Program-made: the position numbers and the translations under genes
Shown here: in pieces, positions 51,255 through 61,818 of the stretch
Layout of the letters: each line of letters starts with the position of its first letter
Position numbering within the stretch: the stretch's first letter is position 1
The notes under the pieces: generated by a model
What the model saw: only the letters and a program-made list of their open reading frames with translations
Told to the model about the DNA's origin: nothing
Databases searched by the model: none
Assembly: GCA_963796285.1 (NCBI GenBank)
Contig: CAWCKW010000003.1
Coordinates: forward strand, 128,001-192,000
DNA length: 64,000 nt
Source: Nitrospirota bacterium
Lineage (GTDB): Bacteria; Nitrospirota; UBA9217
Direction of reading: 5' to 3'

Positions 51255-52001
51255 ATGCTTATCATTCCCGCCATCGATCTTAAAGAAGGTAAATGCGTCC
51301 GCCTTGAACAGGGGCTCATGGACAAGGCCACGGTCTATTCCGAAGACCCCGCGACCACGGCACGGCACTGGGAGTCACAGGGGGCCGAGCTACTGCATGT
51401 CGTGGACCTGAACGGCGCCTTTGCGGGCGTGCCGAAGAACCTCGACGCCATCAAGGCGATCCGCGCTGCGATCAAGATCCCGATCGAGGTTGGGGGCGGC
51501 ATACGAGACCTGGCAACGATCAGGACCCTAGTCTCGATCGGCATAGACCGCATCATCCTCGGTACTGCCGCCATCGAGAACCCCTCCTTTGTGCAGGAAG
51601 CCTGCAGAGAGTTCCCGGGCAGGATCATCGTGGGGATCGACGCTAAGGAAGGCCTTGTGGCGATCAAGGGCTGGGCAGAGGTCACGAAGGTGCAGGCCGT
51701 CGACCTTGCGCAACAAATGCAGGAGTATGGCGTCATCGCCGTCATCTATACGGACATCAAACGCGACGGCATGCTGTCGGGCCCGAACATCGAGGCGACG
51801 CAGGTGCTCGCGAAGGCGCTCCATATCCCGGTCATCGCTTCGGGCGGCGTTCATACGATGAAGGACATTGAGGACCTGCTAGCAGTGCGACACTCAGGCG
51901 TGAGCGGGGTCATCACCGGAAAAGCGATCTACAGCGGTTCGCTGAATTTAAAAGAAGCCATCACCTTTGTCAAACTGAACGATAATCAGTGCGCGAGATA
52001 A
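51255..52001 (+). CDS. hisA: ProFAR isomerase
   Basis: [43 protein letters not shown]. Confidence 0.98.
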   Translation: MLIIPAIDLKEGKCVRLEQGLMDKATVYSEDPATTARHWESQGAELLHVVDLNGAFAGVPKNLDAIKAIRAAIKIPIEVGGGIRDLATIRTLVSIGIDRIILGTAAIENPSFVQEACREFPGRIIVGIDAKEGLVAIKGWAEVTKVQAVDLAQQMQEYGVIAVIYTDIKRDGMLSGPNIEATQVLAKALHIPVIASGGVHTMKDIEDLLAVRHSGVSGVITGKAIYSGSLNLKEAITFVKLNDNQCAR

Positions 52002-52007
52002 ACAAAG

Positions 52008-52080
52008 ATCACGAATGTCACGAATAGACGAATCGCACGATAGCTCCGAAGTTCATTCGCGTCATGCGTATTATTGCGTC
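52008..52080. repeat. Degenerate palindromic CACGAAT-type repeat
   Basis: ATCACGAATGTCACGAATAGACGAAT .. ATTCGCGTCATGCGTATT. Confidence 0.55.
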
Positions 52081-52116
52081 TTTAAGCGTGAGAATGCGCT
52101 ATAGGATTTTAAAATC

Positions 52117-52974
52117 ATGTTAACCAAACGCATCATACCCTGCCTTGACGTGAAAGCCGGACGGGTAGTAAAGGGAGTAAGCTTCGTGAACCTGCGCGAT
52201 GCAGGCGACCCCGTCGAGATAGCGAAGATCTACGACGAGCAGGGCGCGGACGAGCTAACATTCCTCGACATCACGGCCTCCCATGAGGAGCGCGGCATCA
52301 TCCTCGATATCGTGCGCCGCACTGCGGAGCAGGTCTTCATGCCGCTCACCGTGGGTGGAGGCATCAAGGTCCTGGACGATATCCGCAACCTCCTGCTCGC
52401 CGGATGCGACAAGGTCTCGATCAACACCACCGCGGTCCACGACCCGGAGTTCATCAAGGCCGCCTCCATGCGCTTCGGAAGCCAGTGCATTGTCGTCGCC
52501 ATCGACGCGAAGCAGGTGGTAGCCCATGACAAGAACTTCAAACCGCCATTGAAATGGGCAGGCGATCCAAAATACAAATCTTTGTTTCTTTCCCAATCCG
52601 CAATCCGCAATCCGCAATCCGAAATACATTGGGAGGTCTACACCCATGGCGGCAGAAAACCCATGGGCATCGATGCCGTGGCGTGGGCAAAGAAGATGGA
52701 GGAGTACGGCGCGGGTGAGATCCTGCTCACGAGCATGGACCAGGACGGACAGAAGAACGGCTACGACCTGGCGCTCACGCGTGCCGTGGCCGAGGCGGTC
52801 CAGATACCGGTCATCGCCTCGGGCGGCGTGGGGAATCTTGAACATATTTATGACGGGTTCACAAAAGGCAAGGCCGATGCCGCTCTTGCTGCCTCGATCT
52901 TCCATTTCAGGGAATATACCATAAGGCAGGCGAAGGAATACCTCAAAGAACGGGGCGTTCCGGTGAGATTGTAA
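52117..52974 (+). CDS. hisF: Imidazole glycerol phosphate synthase, cyclase subunit (with ~30-aa loop insertion)
   Basis: [36 protein letters not shown]. Confidence 0.98.
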   Translation: MLTKRIIPCLDVKAGRVVKGVSFVNLRDAGDPVEIAKIYDEQGADELTFLDITASHEERGIILDIVRRTAEQVFMPLTVGGGIKVLDDIRNLLLAGCDKVSINTTAVHDPEFIKAASMRFGSQCIVVAIDAKQVVAHDKNFKPPLKWAGDPKYKSLFLSQSAIRNPQSEIHWEVYTHGGRKPMGIDAVAWAKKMEEYGAGEILLTSMDQDGQKNGYDLALTRAVAEAVQIPVIASGGVGNLEHIYDGFTKGKADAALAASIFHFREYTIRQAKEYLKERGVPVRL

Positions 52975-53078
52975 ATTCGACATCAACGTACATCTAAGAG
53001 TGGTATATCAATCTGCTTTCGCGGCAAACACTATCCCCGATCACTATCGATCGTACATTCTTTAACGCTCTGATACAT

Positions 53079-53111
53079 TGAAGCTCCCTGCAGCAGACTG
53101 CGGGGAATGCG
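53079..53111. repeat. IS200/IS605-end-like hairpin
   Basis: TGAAGCTCCCTGCAG-CAGA-CTGCGGGGAAT imperfect palindrome resembling Y1-transposon ends; no transposase nearby. Confidence 0.45.
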
Positions 53112-53145
53112 CTCACTCCGGAATTTCGCGGTAACATCAATATCT

Positions 53146-54102
53146 ATGCAAAAACTCAAACTATTATTGACCGTTATTATTCTCATAAACGTGATTTTTT
53201 TTTCTTTGTCCGCAATTACGCATGCCGTGAATGCAATGGATCTTCAGAGCACGATGATTCAGGAAAATAATGTCGATACGCTGCTTTTAAATCCCGCGCA
53301 GGAAAAGACGGCTCCGGCCTCGCGTGTTTCGTCGGAGTCTGACTTGCACATGGAGTTCGGCGTCCAGTACATTCGGTACCGCAATATGGATGAACCTTAC
53401 GAGTTCAACCCGGCGGCCGAGCTGATGCCGGCTTCTTCTCCCGGATGGGAACACACGTGGCACGAGGAGAGGACCTGGTTGCGTGCGAGCGATGATCTGT
53501 TCAACAGCAAGCATCTTTTATTGCAGCCGGGATTGATGCTGGGTGCGGTGAGGGGCGAATTCAAGGCAAGCAATGCCGCTCTCCACTTCTCAGAGGAATG
53601 GCGGACAAAACCCGCCTTGCTCTGGGGCCTGTCATTCACCGGAGAGCTGCGCGCGGACCGGCATAGCGGTCCGTTCCTGAACGTGCGGTACATGATCAGT
53701 GGGGCCGAGGCCTCTGAGGAGCATGAAACCCTGACCTCGGACAATCTCGGGACCTCGGGCGATATGAGAGACGCGCGCTTCCGCTGGCAGGAGACCGAGG
53801 CGTTTCTGGGCGCGGGTTATCGATGGGGAACGCTGAAACCGATGGCAGGAATATCCTATACCAACTTCCGTCTGCAGAAGCGGTTGCGCTACCATATCCC
53901 TGAGGCGGGCTTAAGCAGCACTGATCTGCAAGTCGTCCGCGCCCTGAACAGCAGAGAAAGCGAGTACGACTTCCGAAACGGTCATCCCTGGGCGCCGTTT
54001 CTGGCCCTGGAATGGACAATGACGCCGGGCTGGACGCTCGTTGCCGTCTTCACGTTCCGGCAGAATGAGGACCTCAGCCTGTCGTTGCGCAAGAACTTTT
54101 AG
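53146..54102 (+). CDS. Putative outer-membrane beta-barrel protein
   Basis: Hydrophobic signal peptide; alternating strands ([19 protein letters not shown]); C-terminal LSLSLRKNF beta-signal. Confidence 0.7.
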   Translation: MQKLKLLLTVIILINVIFFSLSAITHAVNAMDLQSTMIQENNVDTLLLNPAQEKTAPASRVSSESDLHMEFGVQYIRYRNMDEPYEFNPAAELMPASSPGWEHTWHEERTWLRASDDLFNSKHLLLQPGLMLGAVRGEFKASNAALHFSEEWRTKPALLWGLSFTGELRADRHSGPFLNVRYMISGAEASEEHETLTSDNLGTSGDMRDARFRWQETEAFLGAGYRWGTLKPMAGISYTNFRLQKRLRYHIPEAGLSSTDLQVVRALNSRESEYDFRNGHPWAPFLALEWTMTPGWTLVAVFTFRQNEDLSLSLRKNF

Positions 54103-54118
54103 ACCAGGGAAACACGTA

Positions 54119-54213
54119 GGCGGCGTGGGGTATCTTGAACACATTTATGACGGGTTCACAAAAGGCAAGGCCTATGCCGCTCTTGTTGCCTCAATCTTCC
54201 ATTTCAGGGAATT
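54119..54213 (+). repeat. Direct repeat of hisF 3' region (52822-52916)
   Basis: GGCGGCGTGGGG(T/A)ATCTTGAACA..ATCTTCCATTTCAGGGAAT, ~95 bp with few substitutions. Confidence 0.9.
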
Positions 54214-54220
54214 TATAGCT

Positions 54221-54262
54221 AAAAAAAGCGGCCCCGACCGAGAGTCGGGGCCGCTGCTGTTT
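54221..54262. terminator. Bidirectional terminator
   Basis: AAAAAAAGCGGCCCCGAC-CGAGA-GTCGGGGCCGCT. Confidence 0.8.
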
Positions 54263-54281
54263 TACGAACTGGAAAGAACGC

Positions 54282-54545
54282 TTACTTCGCCTTTACTTCG
54301 ATCTCTGCTGCACGTGATTCGTACTTAATGGTCACTTTCGCTCCGACCTTCAGGTCTCCCTTGACCTTCGTGCCGGCGTCCTTGGTCATTTCGAATTTCT
54401 CGCCGTTCTTGTCCACCACGATGACGTTGTCCTTGACCTCCAGGACCTTGCCGGTGAACTGATAGGTCTTTCCTGCGTACGACACCGATGCAACCAGGCA
54501 CATCACTACCGCAAATGCCACAACCATTGCTGATACACGCTTCAT
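54282..54545 (-). CDS. Small exported beta-rich (OB-fold-like) protein
   Basis: GAGGAGG RBS; signal peptide; [23 protein letters not shown]. Confidence 0.8.
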   Translation of the reverse strand: MKRVSAMVVAFAVVMCLVASVSYAGKTYQFTGKVLEVKDNVIVVDKNGEKFEMTKDAGTKVKGDLKVGAKVTIKYESRAAEIEVKAK

Positions 54546-54588
54546 AGAAAACCTCCTCAACGTAAGATATGAATTTCGAACCGTTGTA

Positions 54589-54617
54589 ACTATATCGAAT
54601 CCGGACCACGCTGTCAA
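54589..54617 (-). promoter_or_regulatory. Sigma-70 promoter
   Basis: TTGACA-17 nt-TATAGT. Confidence 0.65.
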
Positions 54618-54640
54618 GCGCTCCGGCTAAATCCGCGACG

Positions 54641-56107
54641 CTATCGTTTCTTTCCGCTGCCGAGGATCGAGCCAAGCACCCCGCGGATGATCTGCCGTCC
54701 GATCGAGCTGCCGATGGCATGGGCGGCGCTCTGGGCCATGGCTCCGAAGAGCTTTGAGGTCTCCGACGCCGGCTCGGCAGTGCGGCCGCGTGCCGGCGCA
54801 GTTGCCTCGGCAGCCTGTGTTTCCGTTGTCCGCTGTTTCAGCTTCTCATAGGCCGATTCACGGTCCACCGCCTTCTCGTAGTGCCCGAACAGCACTGATC
54901 CTTTGATGATCCCTGAGCGCTCCTCCGAAGACAGTGGTGTAAGACGGCTCCTTGGCGGACAGACCATCGCACGCTCTACCATGGTCGGGGCCCCCTTCGC
55001 ATCCAGCACCGACACAAGGGCCTCACCCACGGCAAGTTCGGTGATCGCCTTTGACACATCGAGGCCGGGGGCTGCGCGGAAGGTTTCCGCGGCTGCCTTC
55101 ACTGCCTTCTGGTCCTTGGGTGTGAATGCCCTGAGCGCATGCTGGACCCGGTTGCCCAGCTGGCCGAGGATGACCTCCGGAACATCGAGCGGGTTCTGCG
55201 TCACGAAATAGACTCCGACGCCCTTGGAGCGGATGAGCCGGATGACCTGTTCGATCTTGTCCTCGAGCGCCTTGGAAGTATCATTGAACAGCAAGTGCGC
55301 CTCGTCAAAGAAGAACACGAGTTTCGGTTTGTCAGGATCGCCCACCTCGGGCAGATTTTCGTAGAGCTCCGCCAGCAGCCAGAGCAGGAATGTGGCATAG
55401 AGCGTCGGTGATTGCATAAGCTTGTCAGCGGCAAGGATGTTGATCACCCCTTTGCCGTTGGCGTCGGTCTGCATCAGGTCTTCGAGGTTAAGGGCCGGCT
55501 CGCCGAAGAACGTGTTGCCGCCCTGCTCCTCGATGGCAAGCAGCCCGCGCTGTATCGCGCCGATGCTGGCAGTCGAGACGTTGCCGTACTCGGTCTTGAA
55601 CTTTTCAGCATTCTCCCCCACGAACTGGATCATGGCCCGGAGGTCCTTGAGGTCCAGCAGCAGGAGGCCGTTGTCGTCGGCGATCTTGAAGGTCAGCGTG
55701 AGGACCCCGCTCTGGATGTCGTTCAGGTTCAGCACGCGGGAGAGCAGCAGCGGGCCCATCTCGGAGATGGTCGCGCGGACCGGATGTCCCTGCAGGCCGA
55801 AAACGTCCCAGAACACGGTCGGGCAACTGTCAAAGGCAAAATCTGGAATGCCAAGCTGCCTGGCGCGCTCGGCGAACTCGGGCCGGTCGCCGCCCAGTTT
55901 TGCGATGCCCGAGAGATCGCCCTTCACGTCAGCCATGAAGACCGGTACGCCGATCCTGCTGAACTGCTCGGCCATCACCCTGAGCGTAACGGTCTTGCCT
56001 GTGCCGGTGGCGCCGGCGACCAGACCGTGCCGGTTGGCCATCCGCGGCAGGATCCCGACCTCGGCCTTGCCTTTTGCAATAAGCAGAAATTCAGCTTTTT
56101 GTGCCAT
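54641..56107 (-). CDS. yjgR: YjgR/DUF853 HerA-like P-loop ATPase
   Basis: [50 protein letters not shown]. Confidence 0.93.
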   Translation of the reverse strand: MAQKAEFLLIAKGKAEVGILPRMANRHGLVAGATGTGKTVTLRVMAEQFSRIGVPVFMADVKGDLSGIAKLGGDRPEFAERARQLGIPDFAFDSCPTVFWDVFGLQGHPVRATISEMGPLLLSRVLNLNDIQSGVLTLTFKIADDNGLLLLDLKDLRAMIQFVGENAEKFKTEYGNVSTASIGAIQRGLLAIEEQGGNTFFGEPALNLEDLMQTDANGKGVINILAADKLMQSPTLYATFLLWLLAELYENLPEVGDPDKPKLVFFFDEAHLLFNDTSKALEDKIEQVIRLIRSKGVGVYFVTQNPLDVPEVILGQLGNRVQHALRAFTPKDQKAVKAAAETFRAAPGLDVSKAITELAVGEALVSVLDAKGAPTMVERAMVCPPRSRLTPLSSEERSGIIKGSVLFGHYEKAVDRESAYEKLKQRTTETQAAEATAPARGRTAEPASETSKLFGAMAQSAAHAIGSSIGRQIIRGVLGSILGSGKKR

Positions 56108-56303
56108 AGATCCTCCAGGGAACAGACGCCGGTAGCATAAACCTGAAACAGCACGTGGACACGGAAGAAGCGGAATGGATTATTCCACAAATAAATTTGC
56201 AGCGCAAGCACTTATTGCTAAGGCTCAGGTGTTCCTGGTTCACGAGCGGCGATGTTTCTGCCCTCCCGTTTCTGAACCGGTCCGACCAGCGTTTCGTAAA
56301 ACC

Positions 56304-56340
56304 AAAAGGCGGGATGAGTGTTCATCCCGCCTTTTTTTGT
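56304..56340. terminator. Terminator downstream of adk
   Basis: AAAAGGCGGGATGA-GTGT-TCATCCCGCCTTTTTTT. Confidence 0.8.
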
Positions 56341-56419
56341 TGTTCGCTTTCCTGCTGAGCCGAAGGAAGAACCTGCTTTTCTTCCGACCCCTGAATACTT
56401 TCTCCTGACTCCTGCGTAA

Positions 56420-57073
56420 TTACTTTTTCGCCGCAATGCCCTTCTGGATCGCCTTCACCACGCCGTCGCTGCTGGCCTCGCTGATCTTGAGGAGCATGCC
56501 CTTCTTCTCGTAGTAGCCGATGAGCGGCGCGGTCTTTTCGTTGTACACGTCGAGGCGCTTGCTGATGGCCTCCACGGTCTCGTCAGCGCGCTGGATCGTG
56601 GGGTGGCCGCACTTCTTGCACTTGTCGCCGGTGGCCGGCGGGTTGCTCTTGATGTTGTAGATCTCCTGGCACGAAGCGTTCGAGCAGGTCCTGCGGGTGG
56701 TCAACCGGTCGAGGATGACATCGCGCGGCACTTCGATGCTCGCCACGAGGTCAAGCTTGATGTTGAGTTTCTTCATCAAGGCATCGAGCGAATCAGCCTG
56801 CGAGATAGTCCTCGGAAAACCGTCGAGCAGAAAACCCTTCTTGCAATCCGGCTCCTGGAGACGATGCTCCATGATTCCCATAATGAGAGAATCGGGCACC
56901 AGGTCGCCCCGGTCCATGTAGCCCTGTGCTTCTTTGCCGAGCGCTGTGCCGGCCTTGACCGCTCCGCGCAGAATGTCGCCCGTCGAGATCTGCACCGATC
57001 CGTCCAGTGCTGTCAACAGTTTTGCCACCGTGCCCTTGCCCGCGCCCGGTGCGCCTAAAAGAATGATTTTCAT
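56420..57073 (-). CDS. adk: Adenylate kinase (Cys-rich LID)
   Basis: LLGAPGAGKGT, ISTGDILR, LDGFPRT, QRADE. Confidence 0.98.
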   Translation of the reverse strand: MKIILLGAPGAGKGTVAKLLTALDGSVQISTGDILRGAVKAGTALGKEAQGYMDRGDLVPDSLIMGIMEHRLQEPDCKKGFLLDGFPRTISQADSLDALMKKLNIKLDLVASIEVPRDVILDRLTTRRTCSNASCQEIYNIKSNPPATGDKCKKCGHPTIQRADETVEAISKRLDVYNEKTAPLIGYYEKKGMLLKISEASSDGVVKAIQKGIAAKK

Positions 57074-57180
57074 TGTTACGTGCCTCCTCGGATTGGAAAG
57101 TGGATTAGTGTTTCAAGTCGGCCATTATCGTATGAACGGGTAAAAAAATCAAGGGAAATATCATAAAGCAGTGGTTGTTC

Positions 57181-57330
57181 GCAACTGCTCAGGACCATGA
57201 TAAAGACATTCTCACACGGAGGCACGAAGCCACAAAGGACGGCAACAAATTTACGGGCTGGTTTCAACCCCTATTTTAAGCCTTTCTTCGTGCCTTTGTG
57301 GCTTCGTGTGAGACATGCCTGAGCAGTTTC
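57181..57330 (+). mobile_element. MITE-like element, copy 2
   Basis: Ends GCAACTGCTCAGG / CCTGAGCAGTTTC; flanks GGTTGTTC / CGCTGTTC; shares AAGCCTTTCTTCGTGCCTTTGTGGCTTCGTG with the other copies. Confidence 0.65.
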
Positions 57331-57359
57331 CGCTGTTCCTGAAAATCGGAACAGCGGAA

Positions 57360-58865
57360 TTATACCATCACCACTTCATACTGCTCCTGGTGCAGGTTGG
57401 GGTCGGCCTTGATCACGATCTTCTTCTGAAATTCCTTTTCCAGTTCCTCCACTCCCTGCCGCTCCTCATCGTACATCAGGTCGGCGACCCCGGAGTTCAC
57501 GGTCACGAGCGCCTTCTTTTCATCGGACCCGGTAAAGGCCCTGCGGAGCTCGCGGAAGACCTCGTAGCAAACCGTGCGGTTCGACTTGATGTAGCCGCGG
57601 CCTTCGCAGTAGGGGCAGGTATCGCACAGTGTGCGTCCCAGGCTCTCTCGAATACGCTTGCGCGTCATCTCGATCAGCCCGATGGGAGAGATGTGCGAAA
57701 TGGTCGTCTTGGCCTTGTCGCTGGCCAGGGCCTCCTGGAGCGCCGCGTACACCTTGCGCCGGTTGTCCTCGCGTTCCATGTCGATGAAGTCGAGGATGAT
57801 GATGCCGCCGATGTTCCGGAGCCGGAGCTGGTAGGCGATCTCGCGCACCGCCTCGAGGTTGGTCTTCAGGATCGTGTCTTCAAGAGAGCGCTTGCCCACG
57901 TACCTGCCGGTGTTCACGTCGATCGTTGTGAGCGCCTCGGTCTGGTCGAGGACGATATACCCGCCCGACTTGAGCCAGACCTTCCTGCCGAGGGCCCGCG
58001 AGATCTCGATCTCCACGCCGAAATGCTCGAAAATAGGGTCGTCTCCGTCGTAGGGCTTCACACGCCTGCCGAGCTGGGGGATGTAGGAGTCCACGAACTC
58101 TTTCACCCGCTGGTATTCCTCAGGGGCGTCGATGACCATCCTGTCCACGTCACGGGTGAACACGTCGCGGATCACGCGGAAGACGAGGTCGAGCTCGTTG
58201 TGCATCAACGCGGGCGCGGAGGCCTTCTCCTTTTTCTTCTGGATGTTCTCCCAGAGCCGGGAGAGGAACTCGATATCGGTGGCGAAATCATCCTCGCTCC
58301 TGCCCTGGCTGGCGGTCCGGATGATGTAGCCGGTGTTCGGCTTCCGGAGCCGGCTCACGATCTCGCGCAGCCGCTTTCGTTCCTCGCCGTTCTCGATCCT
58401 GCGTGAGACGCCGATGTGGTTGACGCCCGGCATCATGACCAGATAGCGGCCGGGAATGCTGATGTAGGTCGTCACGCGCGCGCCCTTGGTGCTGATCGGC
58501 TCCTTCGAGACCTGGACCAGAATGTCCTGGCCTTCCTGCAACAGGTCCTCGATCTGGGTCGCGTGAGAGCGCTTCCGTTTGGGCTCGACCTCGAGCTCAA
58601 GGCCCTCGTCCTCCATCATGGGGGTGTATTCCGACGTGCTGTCGAACACATCTCCCACATACAGGAAGGCGGACTTCTCCAGCCCGATGTCCACGAAAGA
58701 CGCCTGCATGCCCGGAAGGACCTTCATCACGCGGCCCTTGTACACATTGCCTGCAACGCCGCGGTCTTTCTTACGGTCGATATATATTTCCGTGACCAGG
58801 GCGTTCTCCAGGAACGCCACGCGAGTCTCCTCCCGGCCTGCGTTTACGATGATCTCAGATGACAT
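57360..58865 (-). CDS. rng: Ribonuclease G (Rne/Rng family)
   Basis: GNVYKGRV..LPGMQASFVDIG, KGARVT, IDVNTG, TNLEA, ILDFIDM, CPYCEG; no long RNase E C-terminal tail. Confidence 0.95.
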   Translation of the reverse strand: MSSEIIVNAGREETRVAFLENALVTEIYIDRKKDRGVAGNVYKGRVMKVLPGMQASFVDIGLEKSAFLYVGDVFDSTSEYTPMMEDEGLELEVEPKRKRSHATQIEDLLQEGQDILVQVSKEPISTKGARVTTYISIPGRYLVMMPGVNHIGVSRRIENGEERKRLREIVSRLRKPNTGYIIRTASQGRSEDDFATDIEFLSRLWENIQKKKEKASAPALMHNELDLVFRVIRDVFTRDVDRMVIDAPEEYQRVKEFVDSYIPQLGRRVKPYDGDDPIFEHFGVEIEISRALGRKVWLKSGGYIVLDQTEALTTIDVNTGRYVGKRSLEDTILKTNLEAVREIAYQLRLRNIGGIIILDFIDMEREDNRRKVYAALQEALASDKAKTTISHISPIGLIEMTRKRIRESLGRTLCDTCPYCEGRGYIKSNRTVCYEVFRELRRAFTGSDEKKALVTVNSGVADLMYDEERQGVEELEKEFQKKIVIKADPNLHQEQYEVVMV

Positions 58866-59021
58866 TGTGTCTCCTTCATGATGTTTATGACCGTCTCTAA
58901 AATCTATTTTATAATACAACAGGATTGAATACAAGAATTAAAAAAGGGGGTGGGGTCAGATGCCGGCAGAATGCTCCACGGCAAACCATCAAAAGTGCTC
59001 AGGGGCATGATCTTAAATAAC

Positions 59022-59165
59022 GTAACTATTCAGGTTTTCTCACACGAAGCCACAAAGGCACGAAGAAAGGCTTTAATTTCTGAAAAATCCGGATTCATAC
59101 TGTATTTGCCTTCGTGTGCTTCGTGCCTTCGTGTGAACATATGGTTTTAGATCCTGAGTAGTTAT
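59022..59165 (-). mobile_element. MITE-like element, copy 3
   Basis: Ends GTAACTATTCAGG / CCTGAGTAGTTA(T); flanks TAAATAAC / TAAAAAAC; reverse complement aligns by eye with 51038-51191. Confidence 0.7.
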
Positions 59166-59220
59166 AAAAAACAGTGATGACCACGCCGTCCCGAAAAGCG
59201 CGCGTCTCCTGAACCGGTCC

Positions 59221-61710
59221 TCAGGGCACCATCGGACTTACCCACTGATCCTGCTCCCGGCAATACACCCCGATGCGCGTTGCCCTGAAGAGCACGGACT
59301 CATCACGCCCGATGCCGAACAGGTGCTCGATCACATCCTGCAGGCGCGGCTTGATCTGGTCATGATCGACCAGCGTGCAGAGAAGACGGTCAGGAGCCGC
59401 GGCGATCGACTCAATACACGGGCGGATGTCCTTCTGCTTCCCCTCTTTTGAAACGATCACCGATGCGCGGGACAGGAACTCCTGCACCCGCTCTTCGATC
59501 CTGTCCCGATACGGCGCTGCGACAATGACCTCGTACGTGTATCTGCTGATGCTGCCGGACAGGGACGGCGATTTCTTTGGAACAACCTTTGATTCAAGGA
59601 TCCTGACGCCCTCAGGCAGGGTGCTGTTCAGGCCCTTGGTTATCTGGAGCTGGTCCGCGAACGGGTCGATCTCCAGGTCCAGATATTCCGTCTCGCTCTC
59701 CATGCCCACCGGGAGAGCCGGGCCGAACGCGATCTTCAAATGGGGGTTGAAACCCTGGGAAAAGGCGATAGGCACCTGCGCTCGGACCACGGCACGATGG
59801 AACAGGGCCATGAAATCGAGATGGGAAAGAAAGCGAATGCGTCCGGTCTTGGTGAACTTCATCCTGACGCGAACGGTCATGTCCGGTAGTCCTGCGGGTT
59901 TTTGTCGATCTGCCGGCGCGAATTGTTGCGGAACGGGCTTCGTTGTTGCCAGTGCTGCCGGCCTCCCAAGCTCGTTCGTCCCGCCGTCCGCGCACCCGAT
60001 GCCACAATGCTCGCACTCCTCCCGGCAGTTCTCCGTGATCTTCTCCTCCACCGCGCGTTGATACTCGCGCTTCAGGAATTCCCCGGTCACGCCGCTCTTG
60101 ACAACGCCCCAGGGCAGTTCCTCCTCCAACCCGAATGTCCGCGAGGCATAGGTAGAGGCATCGAGTCCGCATTTCTGAAAAGCCTCGGTCCATTTCTTGA
60201 AATCAAAGCACTCGGTCCATCCGTCGAAGCGGCAGCCGAGGCGCACCGCCTCCTCAATGACCTTGCCGAGCTGCCGGTCGCCGCGCGCGAACGCGCCCTC
60301 CAGCAGGCTCGTCTCGGGATCGTGGGCCTTAAGCGTAATGCCGCGCTTCTTCAATCCCCGGTCGAGATAGGCCTGCTTTCTCCGGATCTCCCCGATGGAC
60401 GCCTGTCCATGCCACTGGAAAGGCGTGTGCGGCTTGGGCACGAAGGTCGAGACGCTGATATTGAGCTGTACAGCGCGCTTGGAGGCGCGCTTGCCGACGC
60501 TGAAAAGTTCGTTCGCGAGCCTGATGATGCCGTCGAGGTCTTCATCGGTCTCGGTCGGGAGTCCGATCATGAAGTAGAGCTTGATCGTGTTCCATCCGCT
60601 CCTGAAGATGGTCTCCGCCGCGTCCAGCAGGTCCAGGTCGGTCACCGGTTTGTTGATGACCCTGCGCAGGCGCTCGGTGCCTGCCTCAGGCGCGAGAGTA
60701 AAGCCGGTCTTGCGCGTACCGGCAATGGCCCTGATCATCTCCGGCGTGAGCGTGCCCACGCGAAGCGACGGGAGCGAGACCGAAACGCGGCTCTCCCGGT
60801 ACTTCTCCATCAGTTCGATGATGAGCGGCTGGATCTCGGAGTAGTCGCCGGAACTCAGCGAGGCGAGCGACAGTTCGTCATACCCGGTGCACGCGAGCGA
60901 TTCATCAAGCAGCCCTTTTACCGTTTCCGGGCCCCGCTCCCGATAGGGCCGGTAAATGATCCCTGCCTGGCAGAACCTGCAGCCGCGGATGCAGCCGCGC
61001 GCGACCTCGACGGTCACCCGGTCGTGGATCGGTTTCATGAGCGGCACGAGGGGTTTGTCCGGATAGGGCGCTGTATCGATGCTTTTGAGATACCGCCTGC
61101 GTACAATCGCCTTTCCAAGCGAGGGAACGTAAAAGCCTTCCTGCTTCGAGATGGCCTTGAGAAATTCCTGTTTGCCCCGATGTTCCTGCCGCAGCGCCAC
61201 GATCTCGTGCACTGCCTCCTCTGCCTCGCCGATGAAAAAAACATCGATAAAATCTGAAAGCGGCCCCGGGTTCACGGCGCAGGGGCCGCCGGCGATGATG
61301 AGCGGGTGGTTCCCGTCGCGGTCCGCGGAACGCACAGGGATCTGAGCGAGCTCCAGCCCCGTCAGGATGTTGGAGTAGGAGAGCTCGTACTGGAGGGTGA
61401 TGCCGATAATGTCGAACTCCGCAAGCGGCAGATTGGACTCCAGGCTGGTAAGCGGCCTTCCTGATGCGCGGAGCCGGTCCTCATAGTCTGTCCAGGGAGA
61501 GAAGACCCGTTCGCATGCCGTGTCCGGCCTGTTGTTCAGGATGTGATAGAGGATCCGGATGCCGAGGTGCGACATGCCGACCTCGTAGGTGTCGGGAAAG
61601 AAGAGGCAGACCCTGGTCTTGACCCGGGCCAGGTCTTTGTGGACTGCGTTGATCTCGGTGTTGATGTACCGTGCGGGCTTGGTGACCAGCGGGAGAAAGT
61701 CTTCGAGCAT
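59221..61710 (-). CDS. B12-binding-type radical SAM protein (TIGR03960-like) fused to radical SAM-linked domain (TIGR03936/DUF2344-like)
   Basis: FPDTYEVGMSHLG, RGCIRGCRFC, APEAGTERLR, FVPKPHTPFQ; C-terminal RFLSHLD..FSQGFNPH. Confidence 0.92.
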   Translation of the reverse strand: MLEDFLPLVTKPARYINTEINAVHKDLARVKTRVCLFFPDTYEVGMSHLGIRILYHILNNRPDTACERVFSPWTDYEDRLRASGRPLTSLESNLPLAEFDIIGITLQYELSYSNILTGLELAQIPVRSADRDGNHPLIIAGGPCAVNPGPLSDFIDVFFIGEAEEAVHEIVALRQEHRGKQEFLKAISKQEGFYVPSLGKAIVRRRYLKSIDTAPYPDKPLVPLMKPIHDRVTVEVARGCIRGCRFCQAGIIYRPYRERGPETVKGLLDESLACTGYDELSLASLSSGDYSEIQPLIIELMEKYRESRVSVSLPSLRVGTLTPEMIRAIAGTRKTGFTLAPEAGTERLRRVINKPVTDLDLLDAAETIFRSGWNTIKLYFMIGLPTETDEDLDGIIRLANELFSVGKRASKRAVQLNISVSTFVPKPHTPFQWHGQASIGEIRRKQAYLDRGLKKRGITLKAHDPETSLLEGAFARGDRQLGKVIEEAVRLGCRFDGWTECFDFKKWTEAFQKCGLDASTYASRTFGLEEELPWGVVKSGVTGEFLKREYQRAVEEKITENCREECEHCGIGCADGGTNELGRPAALATTKPVPQQFAPADRQKPAGLPDMTVRVRMKFTKTGRIRFLSHLDFMALFHRAVVRAQVPIAFSQGFNPHLKIAFGPALPVGMESETEYLDLEIDPFADQLQITKGLNSTLPEGVRILESKVVPKKSPSLSGSISRYTYEVIVAAPYRDRIEERVQEFLSRASVIVSKEGKQKDIRPCIESIAAAPDRLLCTLVDHDQIKPRLQDVIEHLFGIGRDESVLFRATRIGVYCREQDQWVSPMVP

Positions 61711-61727
61711 GGAACTCCTTCGAAACA

Positions 61728-61815
61728 GAATTCAGGAGTCAGAGTTCAGGAGTCAGAAATCTGGCTTCTGTACTCCTCGACTTCTGAATTCTGACTTCTG
61801 TCTTCTAGCTTCTGA
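61728..61815. repeat. Palindromic heptamer repeat (GAGTCAG / TTCTGAC type)
   Basis: TTCAGGAGTCAGAGTTCAGGAGTCAGAA .. CTTCTGAATTCTGACTTCTGTCTTCTAGCTTCTGA. Confidence 0.75.
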
Positions 61816-61818
61816 TTT

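Noticed and set aside
58978-59010. GGCAAACCATC resembling a c-di-GMP-I riboswitch
   Set aside because: Lacks the GAAA-closed stem and GACGCAAAG; wrong orientation for rng
29110-61815. Short repeat clusters as CRISPR arrays
   Set aside because: Units are 7-9 nt, degenerate, without unique spacers or cas genes
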